From: Marsupella aquatica
Lineage: Eukaryota > Plantae > Marchantiophyta
Assembly (NCBI GenBank): GCA_973895155.1
Contig: OZ316892.1
Location: 11,968,238-12,032,237 of the forward strand
Length of the DNA stretch: 64,000 nt
Direction: 5' to 3'
A program made the position numbers and the translations under genes. This document shows, one piece after another, positions 51,563-63,597 of this stretch (position 1 is the first letter of the stretch; each line of letters begins with the position of its first letter). Under the pieces are notes generated by a model. That model was given only the letters and a program-made list of their open reading frames with translations. It was not told where the DNA came from and ran no database searches.

Positions 51563-51955
51563 TCATGCAGACTTGGCAGCAGTCGGAAACCATCTTTTCA
51601 CGGCATCAACCGAATTGTCAGGCCTAGTATTGAACAGCAACTTAGCCTGCGGCGCACTCGTTCGCACAACTTCAATTATCTGCTCCATGAAGTGCGTCAA
51701 TTCCATCGTGCTGCGGATCCCATTGCCTATGACGACTGCGTCGGGATGCAGAGACTCCAATTTCGGGCCGAGAGCGGCCAGGCCGTCTTCGACAGCCACT
51801 GCCACGAATTCGTACTCGATGCCCGCATCGGCCATCTGACCTTTCACGACCTCTAGGAAATTGGCAGTAATAGGTCCCAAGTGAGCAGGAGCAACAGCAA
51901 CCGTGGGTATGAAACCGATCAACACAGCACGAACAGGAGTAGTAGATGATGCCAT
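51563..51955 (-). CDS. 130-aa protein of unknown function, copy 2
   Basis: Intact ORF MASSTTPVRAVLIG...DAVVIGNGIRS...APQAKLLFNTRPDNSVDAVKRWFPTAAKSA; paralog of 43712-44104. Confidence 0.88.
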   Translation of the reverse strand: MASSTTPVRAVLIGFIPTVAVAPAHLGPITANFLEVVKGQMADAGIEYEFVAVAVEDGLAALGPKLESLHPDAVVIGNGIRSTMELTHFMEQIIEVVRTSAPQAKLLFNTRPDNSVDAVKRWFPTAAKSA

Positions 51956-52684
51956 GTCCGGTAGCAGAATCGAGGCAAGAAGGGTTTTACTTTGTTGAGT
52001 GCTGAGACTTTACACAATTGACATTGGAGTGAGACTAGAACGAGAACCGAAAATAATGAAACGGACTTATTCCAATCGATCCGTATGATTGATATCTTAT
52101 AGAGTACATACACCTAAACTACCGAAGGCATTCTAATCAGCTCCAGATACTCCTATTTGCGAACATTCCCCAGTCAAGGGGATTACCGATCACCTACTCC
52201 AGAAGGGTGGAAGCAGCGTCCGAAATTCCGAATCGAGGTGTAGAACTCTCAACCAGAAAAGGTAGACATAGAGAGACTGGCAACAAAACAAGGAAAGATC
52301 AGAGGAGGGACGCTCCTCAAGTAAACGGCTCCCAACGTACCACGTAGGTTGAGGCTTCTGTGAAAGGTGGAAGGTATACTCTGATCAGTGATCACGCAAG
52401 TATACCTTTCGACAGAACTCCGCTCGTCAATGAGCTAACGACGAAACGCTGCTTCGATTGCCTGTTTTGCATCTAGAGCATTCATTCCGACTCCACGATT
52501 CAACCGGACTGACGAACAGCAACACACAGGATTGAGCACTGACTCACTTGTCGGCACGATTGTGCCCGACACATACTACTACTCAAGTCACCCTGTCCCT
52601 TACTCAAGTCACCCTGTCCCTTGGCCCTGATGGCAAACAGACACGACGAGCTTAGCTTGCATTTTGCTATGTGGCACTTCCTAA

Positions 52685-52968
52685 TATAGCATGCTCATAC
52701 TGGAACATGCTTGATATTTTGTCTTGTAGTGATATGTAAATGGATAAAATACAAGAGTAAAATTATAATACATATTAAGTGTGATAAATCTAAGAGGGCT
52801 GCCAAAATGAGTTCTAAATTCTGTAAGATACCAAAAATTAAAGGGGTCCAAAATTTAATTTAAAATCTGCATGATGCAAAGAATGCCCCTTGATAAGGCA
52901 CATTCAAATAAAAATAGATGACACAAAAATATGAATAAGACCAATGTCACCATAGAGCAGCTTCAGAA
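52685..52968. mobile_element. Long-target-duplication element, copy A (284 bp)
   Basis: TATAGCATGCTCATACTGGAACATGC...CACCATAGAGCAGCTTCAGAA, flanked by a perfect 21-bp direct repeat TTGCTATGTGGCACTTCCTAA (52664-52684 and 52969-52989). Confidence 0.85.
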
Positions 52969-53694
52969 TTGCTATGTGGCACTTCCTAAGTACTAGCCTC
53001 ATTACCCATTCCTTGAACTTAATCCCTTTAGCTATTTTGCCGTTTGTATTTTGAGGGCAGTCTGGAGCATAAAGGCCCAGTCAAGATCTGGATCATCAGT
53101 TTAGTAAGATTCTCGTGGACATTTACTGAAGTTAGAAAAAATAAAAATCTGTCAGGCCTTTAAACCCCACTAGCCATGACAAAAACCTGGATCTACCAGG
53201 TTTCACCATATATATCCTTTTCCTGAAATTGTGGAGCAAAATGGAATAGGAGAACATGAGAAGAATGAGTGCAATGGCAAAAGGGGAGACATCTTGGACA
53301 CTTCCCTCTTTCATATGGGTATTGGCAGGGTAAACCACACCTGCCCATATAAAAGACCTATTCCTTGCCAAGTTGTTGCTCATTCCTGTCTTGTGGTGCA
53401 CATATCACCATACCAGATAGAGCATTCAGCACAAAAGGTGGAGCTCAAGCCCATTCCTAGTGAAACTGAACATATAACGAGAGCACTGAGGCTAGGTCTT
53501 GTTTTTGGAACACTATGGGCAGTAATATAGCCCCTCAAAACTCGAGCTGAACCTCTCTTTTTTGGAGACAGTATATCCCATAATGCCTTCCAAACAGGAC
53601 TTTATTGTACAAATAACTTTGTATACATAAAATAAAGAGGTGGAGACAAAAAGAAATATTTTGAAAAAATGACTTCTATGCTATTTTGAATTTG

Positions 53695-54900
53695 TATTTG
53701 CCCCCATCCCTGTTTTTTGCCCACCCTCACTTCCAGTTTTGTCCTTATTTAGAGTCACGTTCCATTTTGTCTCTATTGAAAGTTATGGTCTGGAGGCTTT
53801 GAAGACCGTAGCCCTCGAAAGTAGGTTTGTATCCCACTTTATTAGTAAGATAGGATAATGGCGGGGAGGTTACTAGCATGTAACCTTGAGACCAAAAAGT
53901 GCGGAAACTGTGGCCGAGAAACTTTTCTGAGTTTTCTTGGAGCAGGGTTAAGGCTAGAACTCCAACCCAGACCTCCATTATAGTAAGTAAGTAGTGTCCA
54001 AAAAAGGTTACTTTTGGATAAGAGCTTAATATGGGAATAACAGGTACCTTCCAAAGTGGTTACACAATCATCAGTAACTTGCATTCCCAGAGCAAAAAGT
54101 ACAAACTTTCCTCCCCGTCTTCCGGTTCTACCATGTTTTCTCCCTTTTATTGGGTTTTTGTTGGGATCTTGTTGTCTCCTGGTTGGGCACTTTTTGTTTT
54201 TTAACAGTTTAATATATACCTTCATTGCCATGTACTACCTGTTTCTTTTCGTCAAGTTTGATATACTACCATAGCCTGACTACTTGTTCTTGAACCCCGT
54301 CTTCAGGTTCTCCCATGTTTTCTCCCTTTTATCTGCACCCTCATTTGCAGGCACCCCCACTTTCTCCATCGGCAGGGTCTTGAGGCTTCACTCTACTAGA
54401 CAGTAGGCCCAGAAAAAAAAATCTTGATTGAGATTATGTACTTGGTAGCCTGATTAACCTCCCTTTGAAAGTAAGTAGAAATAACAAAAGAAAAGGATTC
54501 CATGCTAGTTTCTCTTTACCTTGCCCCCACTTTCAGTTATGCATCCTCACTTTCAGTTATGCCCTGATTTAGATCACGGTATGGAAGCTTCACTCTAAGT
54601 GCCCTCATAAGTGCCCTCATCCCTGTTTTTATTGTTTGCATCCTCACTTTCACTCATGCCCTTAGTTAGTTTCATGGCTTAGAGGTGTCACTCTAGACAG
54701 TGGGCCAGGAATTATAAGTAGCATTCTAAGGCTTATATTCCTTCTGGCCAGATTACTTGGTCCTTGAACTTAAAGGTATTCCATGCTATTTCCTGTTCAG
54801 CTTGCCCCCATCTCTGTTTTTCTCTGCATCCTCACTTTCAATTATGTTCCCAGTGAGAGTCAAAGTCTAGACTCTTGACTCTAGACAGTAGGCCCATGGA
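53695..54900. repeat. Degenerate satellite-like tandem repeats
   Basis: Recurrent TGCCCCCATC.CTGTTTTT, TGCATCCTCACTTTCA and CACTCTAGACAGTAGGCCCA motifs. Confidence 0.6.
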
Positions 54901-56818
54901 GTAGCTTTTGATTGCCCTTTATTAGTTAGATAAATAGATACCTTTTATTGTCCATCTACTACTTCAGTTACAAAGCTGGCTGAAATTTAGACTGATGTCA
55001 TCAATTTTGTAGGGCAGTTGCAGAATCTTCTCGTGACTACTTGCAAACTCATTAGCCATGTGAAGAACACTTCCAAGGCAAGCTCAGATTCTTGGACAGA
55101 TAAATGACTACTTCAATCACCTTGAATGATATGTTCTCGATAGTCATTGACATTCATCAATTTGTAGAGTCATTCTTATTCCCACTTTTATTTTCTTGCC
55201 TCATTTTGATTCTTGCCTATTGATTTCTTAGCGAGTGTTTTGGTGAAGTCTCTCTGTTTCTTAAATGAATTTTTGCAAGATCAAATAATTTCAGAGGGGC
55301 CACTTTATATAGATGCGTCAGCGTGAGCTCAGGCCTTAATTTGAAGATATCTTATAAACAGTTGAACTGAAGAGTAAAGCAATTGCTGCCCATTCATAGA
55401 TCTAGGTATTGGAGACAGAAGGTGGTGCTCACGCCCATGTTCATTGTTTTCATTGTTGGTCCTTGGGACCTGGGGAGTCGTTGAAAGTCGAGTTTGAAAA
55501 AAAACGGCTGTGAGGGGATGCTAATTAACTACTTGACAATTGAATGCAGTACTACGATGTCCAAGCCCTTGGGTGGGTCTAGGTGGCTATGCACTGGCCA
55601 TCAGTACGACGGATACAACATCTGCTGGACTACTAGGAGCTTGAGACGTTATAAATGAATTGCTGGAATAGATTGCAGACCACATACCGAAGGAATGATT
55701 GCCCTGAAGTGACAACAATAGCCACAACATTCAAGAGACAACAGTTCTTCTTTAGATGAACCGATGAATTCGTTTGGTTGAATATTTAGTGGAGGAATTA
55801 ACACTCCTGTGGTAAGGCTTCCAAGGGTGAGTCTTCTACCTGTGTGCTGTAAGTTATCCCCATCTTTTGGTCTTGGTTTCATTTTCATTTCCCCAGAATA
55901 GTCCATGGCCAGGGCTATGGGAGACTATTTCACAAGTTCGGTCTACCACGTCATGTTGTGCCCTCTGGTAGGGGCGCTAGGCGCCACTACTACACCTCCA
56001 AATCTGCTCCACACTGCGGTCCTTGCTCACTAGGATAACTGAGAATTGAGCCATACACAGGTAGACTGAACCGCAGTTACTAAATATTTGTGGAGCAAGA
56101 ATTATTTATCCACCTTCCTGAATGTCTTTACTTTTACAAATATCATACGAGAACGACGAGTTCATCATCTCCAGAAAGATATTATGTATGTTTAGGAGAC
56201 ATGAAATTTCACATAATTTCGACGACAAGATGTTATAACTTATAATTTTAGAAAACGTCCGTTCTTTGAGAAATCACCAGTGGATTTGCTCGGGTAACTT
56301 AGGAGTGTCTTGTTGTAGGAAAGCTGCCCATCTTGGACCTTTGGATGTACAAGTTTCGGTGTGGGGCACGATTTGCTTTTACATTCAGGTACTGTGTTCG
56401 TTGACGTATTATTGAGTCGTGTTACTTGGTCTTGCAGAAGCGTCTCGGATCATGGAATGAGAAGGGTAGACGGGTAAGTGGTGAGTATATTCCCCACCTG
56501 GAAATTCTGTATTGCTCCTCCACCATCCCAAACAACATCCACTACGAAAATGTCATTCTAAACCTGGCCAGGAATCACATACCATGTCCTCTCTGTTACA
56601 ATCTTCACCCCTACAACAGGACACACTGCACCAGAGGGTACCACGTGAGTGCACGAGTGCACACGAGGAAGCGACCATAAGAGCCTTGCACTTGAACTTC
56701 TACTTGCTACGCTGATTTCAGCAAATTCAGCCAGCTTTGTATTTATGTAACACTTCCCGTTTCTCGACATTCAAAACTGCGCGGACAAAACGTTGCTTAT
56801 GGCATTACCACGTCTATA

Positions 56819-59800
56819 TCATTCTTTTGCACCCAATGCCAAACTAGGCCCGGGACCAGCCCTAGGAAGTCTTTGAGTTACTCCTTGCTGACTTGATGCG
56901 CTAGCTGGCATGGAGGAACTTGATTCTAGTCCAGGGGTTGCAATGTAGCCAGCAGCTGGAGCAGACTGTCCAGTTGGTCCAAAGGTGAACACTGCAGGTC
57001 TTGGTTGCGCTCCTAAATTTACTGAATGTGATGAGGTTTTCGGGTATGCTGCTGCTGCTGCTGATGATGAAACTGTTGACTGCAGCTGGCTAACACTTGA
57101 AGCGGAGCCTAGACGAGATGCCATAATTCGGGCTCGTTCAGTATAGACTTTCGCCCGAGCTTTTTCAGCTTGCTCACATTCTTTCCCCAGCAATGATTCC
57201 AGCTCACTAAATTGCTTCAACTTCAATTCTAGCTTCTTCAGCTGCAATAAATCCACAACAAGTAGTATCAAAATAGTGCAATTCAAGAAAAAATCCTGGC
57301 ACATTGTAAAATCAATTAAGCTAACCTGATTTGCTACAGCTCTCGCCACACATATCTCCAAGAGAAAATGTTTACAGGGCTTCATTTCATCTATTATAAA
57401 AACAGATTGGGAAGTATAGTCCATCTGGATCGCTAGGAAACCTCGAGGACTGCGCAGTCAGAGAATTCTGCGTAGATGCTCAACGAATCTCAGATTGGCT
57501 AAATCTCTTCAGAAGTCTTCTTTTAAATGCTCACGATGACTGCAAAATCAAAGTCCAGTTCTAAAGGACTAAGTTCAAAGATAGATATTGATCACTTCCC
57601 TGACTGCCTGCCTCAAAGTGCTTAAGTTTTAGTCAGGAGCATACCTCCAAAGGAAATGTCCCTTTAATAGGTCATAGGATGGTTCCTCACAAACCCTTCT
57701 AGGCGCAGTTGGTATTTAAAAGTCTCAGCTACCTCTCGCTCCGGGTGTAACTTACAGGTGTACAATCAATTTGGAGACACACTCGAGCAGCTATAGGTTT
57801 GAGAGCATCCCTGAGACTCGTTAGCTAAAGCACTCTGTCCAGGATTGAACCCATTTCCCAACCCATCGTAGACAGGACAGAAAGAAAAACTCTGAAGCAT
57901 TCTAGGAGATACGTATGTGTTCAAACCCAGTCACTATTCTTACTCTTCTACCATATGGTAGATTTATGCCAACGTGAAGTTTAAGATCCCTGTGGCTCCT
58001 TAGCTAAAGCACTGTGTACAGGATACAAACCCATTTTTCAATCCATCATAGACAGGGGACAAAGGAAAAATCTGAAAAATGTCAGGAGATGACTAAAAAA
58101 ACTCTAGAACCTCTCAGCAGGTGACTGTATTTAAAAAACCATGTTACTATTCTTACTCTTCTACCACATTACAGATTGATGCCAACGTTAAGTTGAAGTA
58201 CCTGATTCTCAATAACACCAGCCACAAGTCGCTGTATTTCTCGTTCTTCTTGGTCAGCAAGAAGCTTTGCTTTCACTGCAGCCGAGGCTAGTGCGTTGGC
58301 CGCAGCAGTCCGAACTTTGGCTATGGACGGCATATCTTGCTCTGCAACTAGAGAATTTGTGGAGGCATTTCCTTCCGACTTTTGAGCAGTCTTAGCTTCT
58401 TGACCTGCAAACGATTCTTTCACTGATGATAGGCAAGGAGATTGAAAACAAGAATCACCAACAACGCAAAATATTGTCACAGGCCATTTTGACCGACATT
58501 TTACCTGCAACTTTCTCCAGAGTCCCCGCTGCCACCTTCTCATCGGCAGTTTTCGTTATTGCCTCCTCTGCTCCTTTTGAGGTAGACTTGCTGTCGGAAG
58601 CCACTGTGGGGCCCTCAGTAGAGCTCACCAATGACATTTCAGTTGATTGCTGTCCACTGGATCTAGAAAATTTCACAGACAATAAAGTCTTAGTACAAAT
58701 AAGATAAGACCGGACAGACTAATGCCAAGAGTTCAACACTAAATAAAACGTCAGCTTTAGCTCGTGACGCCTGACTAGATCAGTCTCCATATCAGGACGG
58801 TCAGGCGCAGCGGCTTGCACATAAGCTTCAGCCTAGCATCTTGCCAGCAGCGCCCAGGATTTATTCTCTTGTTAAAGGCTAACAAGACCATGAAAGGAAG
58901 GCGATATAACCTTTCGAGACAACCAGAAGCCAAAGTCGTATCGTTAGTGGCTGAACCATCTAGAGCAAAGGAGTTCTTCACAGACAGAAAACCGACAGGA
59001 TCATCTTCAGCCAAGGACTTCAAAGCTGCCTGTGCTGCAGCTGCTGCCACACGTGGACCAACCATCGCCGCAAGAAATGCTACCTGCAAAGACAAGCATA
59101 ATTAAAAAAAACAACTTGAGATCCATCCGGACGTAGGTCCTAAGCAGACAGTGACTTACGAGAAGGGAGAAAATATGAGCACCGTCGAAAAAGACCCAAC
59201 CGGGTGAAAACCTTTGCAATTTTGTCATTCAAGAGCTAACATTGATCTTTAAACGGGGCATTAGACTGAAAGACAATGTTACCTGTGTCATGACGGGGTT
59301 GCCGGCATCCGCAAATGCAATTAAACCATCGGGTCCAGCACAGCCTGCGCTTTCAGAGGCAGCAAAGAGGGGATGCACATCGCTGGAATCTTTAACCTTA
59401 CTAACTACTTTGGATACATCAGCCTCGTCTTTTCCCCCTTTTTTTGGTGAAGATGGCTCAATCCCTTCCGTCCTAGTCTCGGCTGGTCTGTCTTTCTTTC
59501 CTGTTTCTGTTAGGGCAGAGGCATCCTGCTCAAGAATTGATGAAACAGCCTCAACAGATTCACTTAATGAAGGATGTTCGTTGTCAGCAGTTCTAGCTTG
59601 CGCAACTTTGTCCTTTGGAGGAGTCGTGTTCTGATTGTCAGACACGACTGTGGCAGGAGGTCGAACTGTCAACACGGTACTAGATGCTTCCATATCTTCC
59701 AAGAATGGGTCTTCTATTGGTAAGCGAATAAAATGTAAAATGCACTGAGCCTTCGATTTTGTGGCCACATGCTCTGCTATTTCAGTCCAGTTATCACCAT

Positions 59801-62444
59801 AAAGCTCCAATGCCTCAAGTAGCAACAGAGTTTCTTGATCTGACCAACCACCACCATTAACATCTGCAGTCTCTGACAACGCATCCATACGGAGAAAATC
59901 TGTTCCTGACATGCCGTGCCCAAACTTCCCATCATTGTAGCAATCTGGACAAAGGTCAAAATCTGCCTGCACAAGTCCAAATAGGTTGGCACCATGAAGT
60001 AGTTAGCCGTTCAGTTCCAGCCACTGAAGGACCAGTCTTAGAAGATTGACAACTGCTCCAACGCCAGTAGTGTTCACTGATTTTCTCCATCATTCAAGTT
60101 TTTCATTAAACAATGCTGAACCATCCTTCGTAAGAGATAATCTGGTGTTAGCTCCTTCGTTTCCGGAAAGTAATTACGAGAACAGATTGAATGTGAAACA
60201 GATCCTCGTACTTTGACTACCACCCATGTCATGTTAGTTCAGGTTGGAACCTTGACATGATGTATTTGTTGTTGACCCCCAGCTTCAATCAGAGGGTAAG
60301 TGTTATTGGATTGTTTTGTCAATACTTGGGAATCCAGACTGACATGGTTTGGTGGAACCTTAAGATGTAACTGTGAGCGAGGATGAGAAAGGAAAGAAAT
60401 TTCACAAGAGTCTCTCTGTTGCAGCCAGAAATTTTCTTAGAGTCGGTACAGCATAATGTATGAAAACTACCGTTTGAAATTCAGAAAGGACGTCTAACAG
60501 GAGAAAAATGTATCTCCACACGTTGGCACCCAAAGTTCATTAATTTCCGGTGACAGATGGAATCAGAATCAAAAGAACTTACAGCAGAAAGGGTCTCATG
60601 GATCAAAACTTCCTCTTTCCTGAAATCGTGGAGATGGATAACAACATTAATTTTACCTAAGCCAACAGCATGCCATCCTTCAGCCAATATCTGGTAGATA
60701 GTTTGAAACTGACATTGACCTAACCTCAGGTTGTCAATTCGTTTCGGTTGAACATAGAATTATCCAGCATCACCTCTGTAAGCTTGTGCCTTCTTAAAAG
60801 AGGCACATATAGCGATCATGTGAGTTGTTGTTTACTTTCCTGCTTCAAGAGAAGTAGATTTGTGGAAAATTTGAGCCTAGCTGAGATTGACTGGATTCAA
60901 TTTCATTTCTTGGTAGAGTATTTGTTGTGTTGCGTGCAGTGGACTTGATAGTTACACACTCACCTGCTTTTGGCAGTGATATCGTCGCTTAGAACAGTCG
61001 GCTTGACAAGAGTTGCAATGGTACTCAACGGCAGGAGCTGCCAAAGATTCTTGAACTGAAGCTTCTGCTAAACTCGATATAGGCAAATTGCTCGCAGGAC
61101 TAGGGGAAATGGCGAGCGGTTTATGTGCAGGTGCCAGGGCAGGGGCCTCGAAATTGAACAAGTTGGCCAAAGCTGGTTTCACCGGAGGACTAGCTGACAA
61201 TGCACCATTACTTGTTTCTTCTAGTCTGCCCGACGGTCCTCTTGATAAAAATGGGGAGAAATCGGTGATGGCCTGATAATTGATAAGACCCCAGTGATCT
61301 AAAAATCCGAATAGACGAACCGCACCACTCACATCACCGGTGAGCAAATCTCTCACATCTTCGAACTTCAGCAGCTTTTGAGGGTTCTCTCGGTACTTTT
61401 TCATTATGCAAGTTCTCTGCTCTATGTACAGTTCCGCCGTCTTCTTGTTGGTGTCCTTCGCCACAAAATATTCCGGAAGAGCAGCTCGTTCTAGCTGATG
61501 TACTCTCTCCCACTGAAACCAGCCTGCCAAAACCCTCAGAATAATTATAACCAGAAGGACGAGATGCATGTCTGAACATTGTATCCTGAGCGACACAACG
61601 GGCCCACAGTGGAGTACCACTACAGCAACTCACCGGCGTGACTCGGGACGAGATGCGGTGTTGCCGACGACTGAGCCTCACAATCTTTGGTCAGAGCCAC
61701 GGCCAGTCCAGAGGTCTCGGGAGGAGGCTTAGCCCGAAACGGGCTTTCCTGTCCATATGACACATTCTCCACAACAATGGGAACTCTGTTTTGAAGTGCA
61801 TCGACATCCTTTTCAAATCTCAATCGGGCCGACTCTTCGGGACCTAGCTCCTCATTTTGTCCCGAGGCGGGTTGCTTGCTGCTGGCACGAGCGTCGCCTG
61901 CGGGTGGAAACGATTTCCCTGCCACAATTTTCCTCGGGGGGGCTCCCTCCACAGGCTGCTGCTCACTACTCGAGGGTTTTGGCAATTCCGCTTCCTCCGA
62001 TGCCCTCTTCTTACTCGGCGCAGGCGATTCTGGTGGAGTAGTCCGCTTCCGCTTGAGCAAGCCCATTGCAGCAGGAGCAGGAGCAGCTCCTGCTGCCCCC
62101 TCGCCACTCTCTCCCCCTGCGACTGCTGCTGCTTGAGCCGTCGACGATTTTCCTTGTCTCGCCGGCTTCACGTTACCACCTGCACATCACCACCATTCCG
62201 CACAACACACAAGCATCAATCGCACGCTCTGCCTCAGCACTCCGCTCCTCTCGACACAATCCATCATCGAGAAACGCATCAGCCACGCCACGGAATGCCA
62301 TCCCAAGCCAAGCCGACCAGTCAACAAGAACAATACCATCCATCTTTCTCATTTATGCAGCTTCCACCATCTCCTCGCCCTCCCAGCAGAGACCCACCGA
62401 CCTGCGACTACTGACCTCTGCGGCGGGACCATCCGTTTATCCAT
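56819..62444 (-). CDS. SWI3D: SWI/SNF chromatin-remodelling subunit SWI3D (SWIRM, ZZ zinc finger, SANT, C-terminal coiled coil)
   Basis: Minus-strand exons: 62444-62402, 62179-61634, 61523-60964, 59966-59283, 59083-58911, 58662-58505, 58404-58202, 57241-56819. [32 protein letters not shown]; [32 protein letters not shown]; [50 protein letters not shown]; [16 protein letters not shown]; [31 protein letters not shown]. Confidence 0.95.
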
Positions 62445-62549
62445 AAAACTCTACTGAAATCAAAAATCATCATCAACACAACGCAACACAGGTCTGCTCC
62501 GCTCTCCTCGAAGCGCGAGGAGTATCGAGTACACTCGTATAGTGGTACT

Positions 62550-63045
62550 GCAACATTATTACACACACTCACACACACACACGGTACTAGCTCCCACCAC
62601 TCTCCTACAACAATAATATTGTCCCGTAAGCTTTCCTTACAGCATCTCGAACATTAAGCCAACATTATTAGACAGACACACGCGGTGTTAGCTCCCACCA
62701 CTCTCCTACAACAATATTGTCCCGTAAGCTTTTCTTAGAGCATCTCGAAAATTAAGCCAACATTATTACACACACACACACGCGCGGTACTAGCTCCCAC
62801 ACTCTCCTACAACAATATTGTCCCGTAGGCTTTCCTTAGAGCATCTCGAAAATTAAAAATTAAGCCAGGATGGACCGAGTAGTTTGTTTTGCTCATCTTG
62901 TCTTGTCTTGTCTTATCTTATCTTACTAATCATCAAGCGCATCAACTCTAAAACTAAGCCACGATGGACCAAGGGATTTATGTTTTGCCCATCTTACTAA
63001 TAAAGTGCAACATCTCAAAAATTAAGCCAGGATGGACCGAGGGCT
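62550..63045. repeat. 3 x ~108-bp tandem repeat with (AC)n plus trailing sub-repeats in the SWI3D promoter
   Basis: ACATTATTA(CA)n..GGTACTAGCTCCCACCACTCTCCTACAACAATATTGTCCCGTAAGCTTTCCTTAGAGCATCTCGAAAATTAAGCCA three times, then AA(A/C)TAAGCCA.GATGGACC three times. Confidence 0.9.
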
Positions 63046-63597
63046 TTGTTTTGCCTTACTAGTACAGCTTTGATGAGAAGCTAGAGTTGGGGTCTAGGCT
63101 TCTAGAGTGAAGACTCTAGACCATGACTCTAGGGCCCCACCCAAATTTATGTGGATGTAGAGGATGGGATATTAACTATGTCAAAATGATGATCTTTGTC
63201 ATAATGCCATTAACATTCAAAGAGTAGGCATTCAGGCTGGTCCTCATGACTCACACACACATTGCCTCACTTTACACCCTAAATTGAAATTCACACTAAA
63301 CTCAAATTCACGGATTGCTTTTGGAACGAAGCCTCAGTTTTGAGGACACCCCAAGTAGTTTTCCAAGGCAACCAGGCCAACTATAAAATGCTGGTTTTTG
63401 GCAGAAGTATGGATCTAGTCTTTGGCAAAGTTGTGTATTATTTGGATAACTTTGGGATCTGTATTTAAGCTCAAATATTTCCAGCATGTTGTCTGACTTT
63501 CATTCTATTACCTGACAAAGTTTGATGTTTTTCTGAGATCATTTACTCCATTGCCAATGAGTGCAAACATGGTCAAATTTTATAAACCAATTTCTGA

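Larger units (their letters stand above)
50308..53000. repeat. Local segmental duplication, block 2
   Basis: Collinear with 42275-44795. Lacks ~42830-43260 and carries the 52685-52968 insertion. Confidence 0.9.

Noticed and set aside
58771-58832. Extra SWI3D exon ([20 protein letters not shown])
   Set aside because: Its phase does not fit the upstream donor, and the direct 58911-to-58662 splice already keeps the frame.
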